Below, one piece after another: positions 20,199 to 33,130 of a stretch of DNA of 46,528 nt. Both the position numbers and the translations under genes were made by a program. The notes below the pieces were generated by a model. The model saw nothing but the letters and a program-made list of their open reading frames with translations, was not told the DNA's origin and made no database searches. The stretch's first letter is position 1, and every line of letters starts with the position of its first letter. Origin of the DNA: Priapulus caudatus (taxonomy: Eukaryota); contig NW_014577091.1 of NCBI RefSeq assembly GCF_000485595.1, positions 445,375 to 491,902 on the forward strand, in the 5' to 3' direction.

Positions 20199-22274
20199 GC
20201 ACGGGCGTTCGAAAAAATTAGCGGATATCCGATATCCGCGGCATACCAGATCTTCTTGTGCGGAGATTACCAGATTTCAATGCTTGGTATTCGCCGGCGA
20301 TAGCTAAAAAAAAAATCGCTCATTTAATCGCGGAATAGTGCGTTGTTAGTTATCAACTTTATACGGCAGCCAGCAGCATCTGGCAAGTGCGAGAGCGCCG
20401 ACGTGCGTGCCCTCAGCTTACTAAATTTACTATGTCACACTAGCGTTTTTAGTACAGGCAGGCATAGCCATATTGCAACCTAAAACAGAAAACCCCACAA
20501 AAAAAAAAAAAAGCTAAGAAAAAAAAGAGTAGCGAAAACAAAACAGTGCGCAAAAAAAAAAGTCGAAAAAAAAGCCGAAACAATACCAAAATGCGCTCAA
20601 GCGCTGCGATCGTGATCAATAATTGTGCAACATGTGTAGACATCTGTATCATGATTGTATCAAGCCGAACCAGACAATGCGTCTAAGACAATACGTCTCT
20701 GCCCAGTGTACTGTGGAGGGTATGTGTATATACTCTATGTCAAAATTGAAATGCCGCGCGAATGCCACTTCAAGCCACTAATGATTAGACGCTCGGCGGC
20801 AGCGAGATTTTTATTATAATAATTACATACATTATTAATAATTTCAAAGAGCCGAATAATACCTAAGACTGTGTACAACGGAAAAACGGGAAAATAGTAG
20901 CTATTTCCACGACTCACTTATTACTACTTTGCCTGCAAGTCTAGAATAATTCATTGCGTATGCATTAAGCAGAATTCCTTTGCTCTCTAAAACATCAGAC
21001 AACGCTTGTCAATACGATACTCCTAGGCGCGAATATCGGCTCCTTAAACCCTCCCCTCCCACATGCCACAACGCCGCCATCGAATCCACTTCGCCGTTCC
21101 TGCCCAGCATTTCCTACACGCGGCTAAGCGTTNNNNNNNNNNNNNNNNNNNNNNNNNNNNNNNNNNNNNNNNNNNNNNNNNNNNNNNNNNNNNNNNNNNN
21201 NNNNNNNNNNNNNNNNNNNNNNNNNNNNNNNNNNNNNNNNNNNNNNNNNNNNNNNNNNNNNNNNNNNNNNNNNNNNNNNNNNNNNNNNNNNNNNNNNNNN
21301 NNNNNNNNNNNNNNNNNNNNNNNNNNNNNNNNNNNNNNNNNNNNNNNNNNNNNNNNNNNNNNNNNNNNNNNNNNNNNNNNNNNNNNNNNNNNNNNNNNNN
21401 NNNNNNNNNNNNNNNNNNNNNNNNNNNNNNNNNNNNNNNNNNNNNNNNNNNNNNNNNNNNNNNNNNNNNNNNNNNNNNNNNNNNNNNNNNNNNNNNNNNN
21501 NNNNNNNNNNNNNNNNNNNNNNNNNNNNNNNNNNNNNNNNNNNNNNNNNNNNNNNNNNNNNNNNNNNNNNNNNNNNNNNNNNNNNNNNNNNNNNNNNNNN
21601 NNNNNNNNNNNNNNNNNNNNNNNNNNNNNNNNNNNNNNNNNNNNNNNNNNNNNNNNNNNNNNNNNNNNNNNNNNNNNNNNNNNNNNNNNNNNNNNNNNNN
21701 NNNNNNNNNNNNNNNNNNNNNNNNNNNNNNNNNNNNNNNNNNNNNNNNNNNNNNNNNNNNNNNNNNNNNNNNNNNNNNNNNNNNNNNNNNNNNNNNNNNN
21801 NNNNNNNNNNNNNNNNNNNNNNTAATATATATGTGTCAGTGTACGCGCGATGGCGGCGGCGTATGTTTACTGTTGATATGCTTCAAGTGCCTATTGCGTG
21901 CAGCCGGCTGCTAACCGCTCGTGGCGGCGGCGGCGCTAGTAATGCCCCTTTTCCTATCCCATGACGCATTGCTGTTCCGATTGGCGATAAGGCTTATGCA
22001 ATACCATGAAATTATTCTAGACTCGCAGGCAAAGTAGAATAATGTAGTCGTGAAATAGCACTATTTTCCCGTTTTTCCGTTGTACACTCTAGGTATTATT
22101 AGCTCTTGATAATTTTCAAATGCTATTATTGCATATTTCAAGATTTTGGATACCAACATTGTTGAAATTACTATCCAAAAAAATCCGGGATACCAGATCT
22201 TTTGGGGGGATACCAGATTTCAATACCTGGTATCCCGAATGGATACCATAATAAAAATCTAATTTCGACCCCTG
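20199..22274. mobile_element. Degenerate hAT-like element spanning the gap, with an internal inverted-repeat pair
   Basis: Right end TTTCGACCCCTG, left end cacgggcgttCGAAA, and ATACCAGAT motifs at both ends. 20835-20970 is an inverted copy of 21990-22115. Confidence 0.4.
21133..21822. other. Assembly gap (N run)
   Basis: Read directly from the sequence. Confidence 0.99.
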
Positions 22275-22710
22275 CAAGCTAAATCTAAATCTAAATCTTC
22301 AGTTAAAATGAACTTACTACTGTTTAGTGCATTATAAATTGAGTAGCAGTGACAAAAAGGCTTGCACTCAAGCTAAATCTAATCTTATCTGTTTCCGAGA
22401 CGTTTGATCGTTCGATCGTTCCTCAGCTCGAGTGCTCGAGAGCAAATTTTGCTCGAAAGCACACCCGATTCATGGTGCCACCTTGCGGAAATAAATGAGC
22501 GTGAATTGATAAAAAACACCTTTTATATAGAATTTAAAATTTTATTTCTGCACCGAGTAATGGAAAATTCGTATCGAGTTATAATATAATCTGATGTATT
22601 GCATATATAGGCATTATAGGATATTATAGTAACAGATACGTAACAGATACGTAACAGATTATATGGTAACAGAACTCTTTGAGAAAAACTCGCTTGGCTT
22701 TATGGGATAT

Positions 22711-25700
22711 ATGATGGCAGCCCTCAGGTGCATGTGTTTGATACGAAATTTAACTAAACTATCACGTCACAACAAAAGCTTACATAGAAGCAGCAACAGG
22801 TTATCATCATGGACTGGTAGCAATGTACTTTACAAATGTAGCGGCTCTATGCTGCCAACGTCACGTGTGATATTCTTTTCGACAAAACACGAAGATGCTG
22901 AAACGACCAAGAAATCGGCTGACGCTCTTGTGAATAAATTGGCCAATGCGGCGGGTCCCGGTGCGAGTGGAAATAAGGACACAGAAAACGATGAAGAGGG
23001 AAAACGGCGGGAAAAGTTTGCAAAGAACATGAGATGGACGTTTGCGTCATTTGCTGTTATGTTCAGCGGTCTTGGTGGGATGATTATCGCTGTTTGGGGT
23101 CCGTATTATTATTATTAATAAGATTAAGAATACTTTTTACAATGTTAGTAGTGAATTACATCATACACACAAAATACCCAATAAACAAGGCCCAAGCCTA
23201 GTCTAGCACCCCTGTTTAGTTTAGCACATATGCGAAAACACACTTGCAGGGTCCTCCTTGATCCATAAACAACGTCACTCGTTGACTTCTGATGAACTTA
23301 ATTTCTATCAAACTGATCTGTCTGTGCATATGATAATATATGATATAATAATTAATATATTGTTAGCAATAGCAGTCAGATGACGTCATATATTCTCACA
23401 CTCACATGGTAATAGTTGAATGAAGCCTTTTTATATCATGATAACTCATAAATTTTGATGAATAATCTAACGAGGTAAGGGGTCGTTCACAATTATCAAC
23501 ATTTTTACAAGCTTACAAACCGTACGCTGGGGGGGGGGAGGGAGTCAATGCCTGCCGTACGCTTTCAGCATTTCCGAAAAATGTCTATCTATTTCCCGCG
23601 CCGCGTGCCCCAGCCGGCATCGCGCGCATCCTCATGCCGCGACGCGCCGAGCCCCGGCCGGCCCGTGCCTTGCACGGGCCCGCTGAACGAACCAACCGAG
23701 CTAGCTAGCTAGCAGCCGAGCCTATAATGCAGTGTAAACAACCAGCACGATGGCGGGCAATAGTTCTAGCCGCGCTGGTGACCTTGATCAATTGTTCCAG
23801 GGTTTGCATGTAATTCATATACATATATCACTATGTAGAATAGTGTGAAAAAAATCAACATTTTTCTTCGTACACCTTTAGTAGGGAAGGGGGGGGGGTC
23901 TCGAAAAAGTGTACTCTTTGTACACTTGTGAAAATGTGGAGAATTGTGAACGACCCCTAAAATCACTGACTATTAAATAATAATGGTTTGAAAATTGTTT
24001 GTTTGCAAACTACCGTGAAAATGCCACACAATGTTTTGGTCAATGTGGTCAACTTTTATTTACTCATAGTTTAGTATCCAAAAGATATATCAGAATATCC
24101 TGAAGTTATTGCTTAAAAATACAAAGTAAACATGTTTTTTACCCCATTCTTTTACTCTAGCATTAAAGCACTGCCACTTCTGGAGGAAGTGCAGTGCAGA
24201 CAGTATGTGGAGGTGGCATTATTTATTAGATAGATTGTGTGCATGATGTAATACACTACTCGATGTTATATATATATATATATGTTACAAATTTCTTCAA
24301 TGAATTGATTTAATCAATTGTTAAAATATTGAAGCTAGTGATGGTATCATTATATCTTAATTGGATAAGGGTTTTATGTTAATAATTTAGCCAATTCCTG
24401 ACTGATATATGCTGCATATTGCAGTGTATGTGAACATGGTTTCCCTTACCGCAATACGGGTCAGTATACAGACCCCAGTACGTAATGATAGGGTTCAGAT
24501 CAGCTTATGGTGTAATTATTGGGGTCCTAGAGTAGATATGTGCTTGTGTCTAATATAAGCTATCCCGATGAGTGTTGAAATTGCGAGTTTGAAGTCTCGA
24601 TATGATTAATGCAATATGTAACAGAGAATATTTCCTATGATATCTGATAACCACAAGTTTGATTTCTGTTCTAGGAGCACCAAAGAAGGATGAAGAAGGA
24701 CATGATGTAAGGCAGTAAATGAAAATATTAACAACCTAATTGTTAACATCTATAACATTTACAGACGTGAGAATTAGTATAGCCAATTATAGTTCTAAAA
24801 TACACACAATTCTGTGATGTGAAAATTCACATTATTTCATCACTGATTCTGCATACTATTTCGTATTATGAACAGTTGAATATTTCTCAAGAGATATGTG
24901 TAACTCATGCTAGGTCAACAAGCTTGGGTCTTGCAACTACTGTGTCATAACTCGGACAATAATTTATTTTCACATTAATGTTTCAGATCCAGGATGAATA
25001 CAGTAACTGTAAGTGCATGAGAGTAATTGGGTTGTATTACACGTCATGATTGATATCACTTGCATATAGTGTATGATGTTATTTGATTGTGCTAGTAGTG
25101 TATTGGTGTATTTCTAAAAATGCTAAACAATAGTAGATCCAAATGGAAGCGTGCTCGATTTTGTCATATCTGCTGTTTATTTCAGTGTCAACAGCAAAGC
25201 AGTACTTGTTTAGAGCATGGAGTGAGGCACGCTTTTATGAAAAGGTATGTTCGTGTTTCTAAGGTGACCTTACTCACTATGGACACACGCAGAAAGAGAG
25301 AGGGGGAGCGAGAGTGAGCAAGAGAGACCAAGAGAGTGATCAAACGACTATTTCCTGAGTAGTGCTATGTTGCGCAGTGACAGCTTTTTTATCCTGCTCA
25401 CAGATGATTCGGGAACCTTCCAGAGACAAGTTACTTCCAGATCCACTCACCGAGCCATACTACCAGCCAAAGTATACCTTGGTGTTAGAGATGACTGGTA
25501 TACTTGTCCATCCTGACTGGACTGTACGTAGATAGATTTATTTGTCTATTCTTACTGAACTGTGAGTAAAAAGATATATTTGCCAATCCTAACTGAACTG
25601 TAGGGAAACAGGTGGAGTTGTCTACCCTCACTTGAGTGTAAGTAAATTGATATATCTATCCACCGTAATTGGACTGTAAGTCGAACCTGTCCAAATTATT

Positions 25701-28700
25701 GGTTTCAGTTCCTAAACAGGTACCTATATGTGGAACATATTGATTTCCTGATTTCCAAATACATGTTTTGATGTATATGTTGTCTGCTAGTCTATCCTAA
25801 CCTAACCTATCTAAAATAATAATGGAAACAACTCTGTATAATTACAGTATGGAACGGGGTGGCGCTTCAAGAAACGGCCAGGAATTGACTATTTTCTCCA
25901 GCAAGTGGGACCACCCTTGTTTGAAGTGGTCATCTACACTCAGGAGCAAGGTTTTGTAAGTTTCAATTGCAGTGGCATCCATATCATCCTGTGAGTTTAT
26001 TGTAAAAGCAAGAGTTTCGTGTCTAAACAAGAAGCATTAAGTTTTGTTCATGCATGAATTTCAGACAGCATTTCCAATCATAGATAGCTTGGATCCACAA
26101 GGCTACATAATGTACAGGCTGTTTCGAGATGCTACCCGCTACATAAAAGGCCATCACGTGAAGGTGAGCAGGGCTTGTGCTATCATCGTACCATAACCTA
26201 GAACGTTCGAGTATATTATGATAGTATGTGCATAAATAATCGTCCATGTTATAACTAAAACTTAGAGTGGTTTAAAAATATTGCAATCCTTCTCTTAAGT
26301 TAATAAACAAGAAACACCCTTGGTCTGTAGCCTGCAGCCAAAAAGTGACATTGCACAGCTTTGGCAGTGGTTACGCTGGTAGTGGTGCCACCGTCGTTCT
26401 AAGCAATGGTATAGCTGCCGGTTTAAAAACATTAAAAAATATTTCTAATGAATTTTAAACAATGGAATTTTTATGTAGCATAATTTCAACATATTTTTAA
26501 CTGGAAATATGCATGGAACGTAAGGTCATGTGTATCATGTGCATCAAATTCAGTGCATCGAGTCATAAGGAATAACAGACAATCATTGCCACTTTATTTG
26601 CCACTTGATTTACAATCATGGTTCATTTGACGAAAAAAGAGTTAAATATAGCATGCTCCCAGGATGAAACTAAGAGAATCATAAACTGCTGCTACTCACG
26701 GCTAATTTAGCATCAATTGCACATTTTCCTGCTACTTCGGAATGAAGTTGAATTTTGTGGAGCCTATCCAGTTAAGAACCATTGGCCTTGCAAACCTATG
26801 TTCTGCACTACATTCCATAATTGGCTGTCAATGGGGCGTTGTTCTACACTACCATCTATAACTCGTTGCTTCCAATTGGCCCACAGGATCTGTCGTGTCT
26901 GAACCGTGACATGTCCAAGGTGATCGTTGTAGACTGGAATAGTCATGCAATCAGCCTGCAGCCACGCAATGCCCTGCAGCTGAAGAAATGGGGCGGCAAC
27001 GATGACGACAGAACACTCTTTGATCTTGGTGCATTCCTGCGCAGTAAGTGGTATGGGTGGAGGAAAGATGGGGCTAGAGGAAGCCAAGGAAGCAGAAATG
27101 TTAATGGGTGGGGTTTGGGGAAGATCCAGGCATAGTGCATAGTTCATACTGCGGTGGGGCAGGACAAAATGGTGATTGGGGTTGTTGGAAGGTTGATCAT
27201 AATGACTCTTTCATGTTTTGGAGTTGTGGGGCAGTGATAGAAAATACTTTAGATGGGGACAGGCCAAGTGTTACAGGGTAAAGAAGTGGCCATGATGACT
27301 GCTGAATATGCATATATGTAGAACAAGGCTTTATGACTGCTGTAAGTCACTTTATCATCTAAGGCCAGTGCTGTGTTTACGGCAGAATGCCGCTGCAAAT
27401 ATACTCTGCACTGAATGCCAGAGACTCGTCAGAAACAAAATTAGTCTTAACATTGCTATTATGGTTACCAACAACATTAAAGGCATAATAGGCCCATCGA
27501 TTATGCAATTTTAACCAATGCTAGAGTAACTGGCACCTTGTGTAGTTAATAAGTACATTACCTTATAGCCAAACGCGTATTAGTTTGTCCAATATCACTG
27601 ATGGTTACTAAGAAATGTCTAATTGAAATCCGCAGTCCACGAAATCAGTTGACTGGCTTGTTTACAGTTTCGAAACCGCATACTTCGAAACGGGTGTGAT
27701 ACAGATTTATAGTCCACCGGACATTTTCGCACGCATGCAAAAACGCACGCACGCATGCATTTTCGCTCGGCCGTACGCAATGCTAGCGATAGTACAGTAC
27801 CGTAACTGTATACGTAACAGTAGCTCTGATTGTAATGAACGTGGAATCCACGTACGAATCACGGACGCTCGTGATAATGAAGTAGGCTGTGTTGGGGGCC
27901 AACGCTGCTATGGGAGGATCGCTGACTAACCACGGCCACAGACTAAACATGGAAAGCAGACGGCACTACGCGTATTTACGTATATTGGTCAAACGAATAC
28001 ACCTGTGTCTGAAATTGAAGACATGTGGGTACCCGTTCATTAGCACCCACGGTTATTTACTTGTGCCTCAATACCGAGAATACACCCAGAGATACATTAT
28101 ACTAGCTCATTAGTCGTATATAAGCATCCCAGGACAAACAATTCTCTGCTAAACACCCGTAGCAACATGTGACGTTGCCTAACCGAATTCGAGGCTATTT
28201 TGCTTGGCAACCAATTTAGCGTTGGCGCCAGATTACCAGATTTACGGATTTCAATTAGACATTTCTTAGTAATTATCAGTGATATTGGACAAACTAATAC
28301 GCGTTTGACTATAAGGTAATGTACTTATTAACTACAGAAGGTGCCATGCAGTTACTGTAGCATTCGTCAGCTTTGTATAATCACTGGGCCTATTATGCCT
28401 TTAACATCTTAGCACTAACATTACCCTTAACTTTGTGATGTTCCTGACAACGGGCCACTGAGTGATGTATGGTGGTATGTAGTGTATGTTAGCAAACGCT
28501 AAATTAACAAACTAAAAATAAAATCGTAAAATTCACTTTAGCTATTGGAAATATAAGGACTAATATCGAGCTGGTAAAGCATGTGTTTGTATGCCTGTCA
28601 CCCAGATCGCTCTCTATTGTATCGTGGCGTCATTCATTGATGTTTGCTTATAATTTTTGCAGCGATCGCAGTTAGTGAGGTTGAAGATGTGAGAGAAGTA

Positions 28701-29105
28701 CTGGATCACTATAAGGATGAGGATGACCCTATCGAGGCCTTTAAACGCAATCAAAGGTTGCTGCAGGTATGAAAGAGAACCTGTGCAGTAAAATGTCACA
28801 TATGTAAAATTTCGTATAGTTCCTGGACAACATGGAAAGTCCTGGAATTTTGAAATGCCATTTTTCAAGATAAGATTTGCTTCTGATTTTCAATTTAACA
28901 AAATTATGATGCAATTGAACATTTGTGTTGGGGGAAGTTACAAAAATGGTAAATTTTTCCATTATTTACCATTATGTTTAGTCTATATGAAGTGTTTTGG
29001 TGTGTTTAGGAACAACAGGCACATCAAGCTCAACAAATGGCAGATGCTGAAAAGCAGAAGACATTAACAAGTGGCTGGAGTCGTAATTTCTTAGGTAGTA
29101 GGTAG
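22711..29105 (+). CDS. TIMM50: Mitochondrial import inner membrane translocase subunit TIM50, ~394 aa, 10 exons: 22711-23098, 24675-24706, 24987-25008, 25186-25244, 25404-25523, 25848-25955, 26065-26163, 26887-27043, 28663-28766, 29010-29105
   Basis: Basic Ser/Arg-rich presequence ([20 protein letters not shown]...) and TM segment [25 protein letters not shown]1/NIF-like domain: [54 protein letters not shown]...[32 protein letters not shown]...LFDLGAFL. All introns are GT-AG with consistent phases (1185 nt). The start could also be 22663, 22702 or 22714. Confidence 0.95.
23479..23957. mobile_element. PIF/Harbinger (Tourist-like) MITE in TIMM50 intron 1
   Basis: TIR GGGGTCGTTCACAATT...AATTGTGAACGACCCC, extending imperfectly to ~30 bp, with TAA TSD at 23476-23478 and 23958-23960. 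Confidence 0.8.
27481..28400. mobile_element. 920-bp TTAA-inserting (Kolobok-like) element with ~150-bp TIRs in TIMM50 intron 8
   Basis: TTAA at 27477-27480 and 28401-28404; termini AGGCATAATAGGCCC/GGGCCTATTATGCCT; 27481-27632 is the inverse of 28245-28400. Confidence 0.85.
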
Positions 29106-30327
29106 TGTTGTTGTAGTAGGTATGTGTGACAGCTTGTTGTGTAGAGAGACCAGATTGCTACCACATCCACTCTCATCACCAGGGACAAATTTTGTGAGCT
29201 GGTCAGTACTGAATCACCCATCTGGTTTTATAGACGTGACATGCTGAGACATGTCATAACTAGTGCACTTATTTGGAAAACGGTTCAGTAGTAACATTAA
29301 GGAAACGTTTTAGGTTTGGGAGCCGAGCATAAACTAAACATGATCAACTGTGTCGCCCATGCAAAAGTTGGATGTCTGAGCTTGCCCAGCTTGCAATATC
29401 ACTTGTTGCAAGCATTTTTATCTGTTCTAGTCCATCCGTCTGTATGAGTCACGATGGTTGCAGTACTGGTGATTAGGATCCTGGTTATTCATCTAGAACT
29501 ACTAACTATTGTCCATTGGTGTGTGAAGTCATGCTCCTCTCTTATTAGCTCATCTGACATAGTCAGATGCAGCTTGTAGAATCGCATGATCGTCTGTGCG
29601 TCCGTCCGTCCGTCCGGCCGTGCGTGCGTCAACAGTTAGGCACAAATCTTAACCGCTCGACGTACGGTCGCGATATTCGGGACGTGGGGGGTAATCCGAA
29701 AACGAGTTGGGATGTCGAAGCTGGGGGTCAAAGGTCAAAGGTGAAGCGGTGTAAAAGAAGGGGGAACATTCCCTCTTTAACTTAAGGTATAGGGAGGAAA
29801 TGCAGAATTGCGGCACAAATCTAAATGGCTCAACCTAGGCTCGTGATAGTCGGTGTATAGCATCATAGTAGGAAAAGCCATCACTGTGCCGAAATTGGAG
29901 GTCACGGGTCAAAGGTCAATGGGGCACAGGGCAGATTTTAGACATTTTCTGAGGACATGGTCTGATGGAGCGATTGAAAACACTTTTTTGTTTCAGCGGT
30001 GACCTACCATTTTTATGGCTTTATTGAAAGGACCATGAAATGTGCTTTCCACTGACGTGCAAAGAGTAAGTGTCTGATAACCTTTTGACCCTCAAGAGGA
30101 GGGTTAAACATGGATTTGTTGACTGTTAACAAAGGACTGAACTGTGATTGATGGTACTTGTGTGATCGTGGAAGACTTAAATTTCACAGTGAAATTCTGC
30201 ATGCAAGACTTACTTGAACAACGTTTACGCCCCTTAAATCATATATGAACTTCATTCTCTATATGAGATTCTGTATGTTGGGAATACAATGTCAATAGCA
30301 CTTACGCAAACGTCTGTTTTTGATTAA

Positions 30328-30765
30328 AGCCTCACAATGCGCATCCAAACGCTGAAATTTCTCCAGTACTAGACTAGCAACTACTTTGTGGCATGCATAA
30401 TCACACTACCTTATGACAAAATAAACTCTAGTTCCTCCCATTTGACTGCGCGTTCCCAACAAGAAAGAGGTGCGAAATCAGGTAATCAGACGCCAACGCT
30501 AACTTGTTTCAAACAACATAACATCGACTTGGTTTGGTGACGTCACATGTTTTTATCTTTGCTGCGCCCGTACCGCTGTACCGCAACATCGGAGAATTTC
30601 AACAACATTGGAGGTATTTTCAAAATACCTTTTATAAGACAACGCGCAGTGAAATTGGAGGAGCTAGAGTTTATTTTGTCATAAGGTAGTGTGATTATTC
30701 ATGCCACGAAGTATTTGCTAGTCTAGTACTGTAGAAATTAGCGTTTGGATGCGCATTGTGAGGCT
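30328..30765. mobile_element. 438-bp TTAA-inserting (Kolobok-like) MITE nested in HINE copy C
   Basis: TTAA at 30324-30327 and 30766-30769; ~125-bp TIRs beginning AGCCTCACAATGCGCATCCAAACGCT. Confidence 0.85.
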
Positions 30766-30831
30766 TTAAGGCCAACTATAAATAGTACTACCTCGCAGGT
30801 GGGTGGCTGATAGTATCACAGCATGGGCTAA

Positions 30832-30915
30832 ACGTAGACTGGTACTCGCTCCCACCTCGATTACTCCCCCATCGAGTAACTAAGCTGAGAGGTGGGACCG
30901 GGTACCAGTCTACGT
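30832..30915. mobile_element. Small hairpin MITE nested in HINE copy C
   Basis: ACGTAGACTGGTAC.CG.TCCCACCTC ... GAGGTGGGA.CG.GTACCAGTCTACGT; possible ACGT duplication at both ends. Confidence 0.6.
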
Positions 30916-33130
30916 AATACGATGCAGTATGCACGCCATCTATCGGAACAGAGTGAGAAGAATGTCCCGGCAGGATAGGTCAAATGTATATTACGCTCAA
31001 AAGTGCAGAAAGAATTACTTTCTTAACTTCAGTTTAATCAATCTTGAGATAAGTAATTGCGGAATTGAATCGTCAAACTTACCAATGAAAATTTGCCAGT
31101 TTTGTACTGTCCTTGGTATGGCTCTCTCCGTCAACGTTACAGTAGTGTGCAATGTCGGGATATGGTGGAGCATGCTGGCTTGCAGAGCCCGATGGTTGAC
31201 TGTCAGTCGAAATGTGTTGATCCTCCCCGACATTGAAGAAATCTGTACGTTATACGTGCGTCTACCTTACCTCTGCCCGCCATCTTCGTCGAAAGTTTGG
31301 ACGCCGCACGGCGAAATCAGAATGTACATTTCAATCGATGACGTAACTGATACAGTAGCACGCCGCGTGGGTGTTATTTGTTTATAAACAATTTAGTCTG
31401 ACTGACTCTCTGCCTCTCTCTCCTCTCGCTCGCTTTCTCTCTCTCTCTGTCTTTCACTCTCTCGCCCCCCCCTCTCTCTCTTCCTCTCTCTCGCTCTCTC
31501 TCTCTGCAATAAAAAAAACGTTTGCTGAAATGATGTGTACGCAACTGCGTATCTGCATATCTGCGCCTAACAAAGGTGTCACTACGCACGACTGAAATGG
31601 TACGTTTATAACCGTAGCAACAGACCTCAGGTGAGCCCAGTCGCTCTGCGGCACTTGTATAATGAAGTTGCAATTTTTCTGTGGTCACTGGTCTCCTAGT
31701 CAAATTCTTACCAAATCGTTTGCTTGGAAGATCATGATCAAGGTTTTTTAAGTTTCACGTGCTACTATATATTGTGTTATGAGATAGATTGTCTGTGATC
31801 TTTCCACTTTTTTGGACAACAAGCATCACACTTATCTCTTGACACGTTCAGTTTGTTCCTCATACAGCATGTCATATTGCTGTAGATACTATGGCTGTGA
31901 AAGCATTGTGCTTTTATAGTAAATTTATATTAACAGGAGCTGGGGAGAGCAAATGAAGTGAAGTGATCGACTGAGAGAGAACATTCTGTTTTCCATTGGC
32001 ATTAGACATGATTACTTTGTAAAACGGACTCAGTCCTCAACAATAAGTCGTGATGTTTATTACATTCATCCAACTTATCATTAGTATGTTTATCTGTATG
32101 ATATTATACACATTGGCAGATGATACAAAAGGGGATGCTCACGTGACTTGTATGTACCTATAGTCAGAAATTTCTACTGCACATGCACGTTTCTTTTCGT
32201 GTCCTTGCTAAATACCCTGCAGCACTGCAGCAGAGGCATATGAGTTTGCTGACATGTGCAATGCAGTTGGATATTATTCCCGGTTGCTCAGAGAACAGTG
32301 TTAAATGTTAATTTGGTTTTGCGGTTGTATGCCATCAGTTTAAATATGACTACCGGCAACAAACGAAACGCATTTCGCTCTCAAGTAAAAAAATGTGAAA
32401 TATATGCAATTGTAGTATTGTCTTCTTTGTGAAAACTTATGGTTCGCTCGGGCATGTAACATTGTCTGAAGTTTATATACACACTACCGTTTCAACATCT
32501 TCAAACATACAAAAATATATGAACGTTACTAAATGCCTCTCGTGACGCACTACAATAATGACATATCCCACTATGACATCAAGGACAATTTGATCTCTTA
32601 GTCTATGATATCACTCATTATCTACAATTATGAATGTTTTGTTGACAATTTTTTTAGACAAATTTGATAAAGGGTAAGAACCTTATCAAGGAAATAGATA
32701 TAATATAATAAAAATAGTCTAGTTTTTATGATTTTATTCTTTTATATTCAATCATCAGAATTCTGACAGTTATAGGCAGCGTACATCACTATATCATAAT
32801 ATATTTATGCAGACCATTGGTCTGACCAGTAATACCAGGGGTGAATCATTGAGAAAAATTAAAAATGACAAATCATTTAATAATATACAATTTGTCAGTA
32901 TTCATGCGGGCGTGCGCGTGCGTGCATGTGCGTGCGTGCATAGCGTGCATGTGCGTGCGCGCGAACCTGACACAAGGCGGCGCCACTGTTTATCCTGAAA
33001 CACAAGAACAAGCGAAGTGTCGTAACATATATTGCGGAAGAGCTTAGTCATCAGGTTGAATTTGTGTAAAACTTGAATCTTTAGGCATCGGTGACGTTGT
33101 TCGTTATTTGGTTAGAATTAACTTATAGAA

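Larger units (their letters stand above)
29542..31658 (+). mobile_element. Helentron/HINE-like element, copy C, with nested MITEs
   Basis: Starts TTATTAGCTCATCTGACATAGTCAGATGCAGC; shared core runs to ~30195. Ends CAGGTGAGCCCAGTCGCTCTGCGGCACTTGT, and 31520-31658 matches the reverse complement of 10883-11020. Confidence 0.75.

Noticed and set aside
20980..21914. ~280-aa ORFs in the track (also 2352-2748)
   Set aside because: Mostly X residues from N gaps.
25478..25510. Loss of the DxDxT phosphatase motif in TIM50 (LVLEMTG)
   Set aside because: Normal for metazoan TIM50 (human LVLELTG), so not novel.
11714..29785. Recurrent MQLVESHD... ORFs (11714, 15650, 29567) and AERLGS ORFs (10868, 31374) as a gene family
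   Set aside because: These are the non-coding termini of HINE copies; lengths and frames differ between copies.
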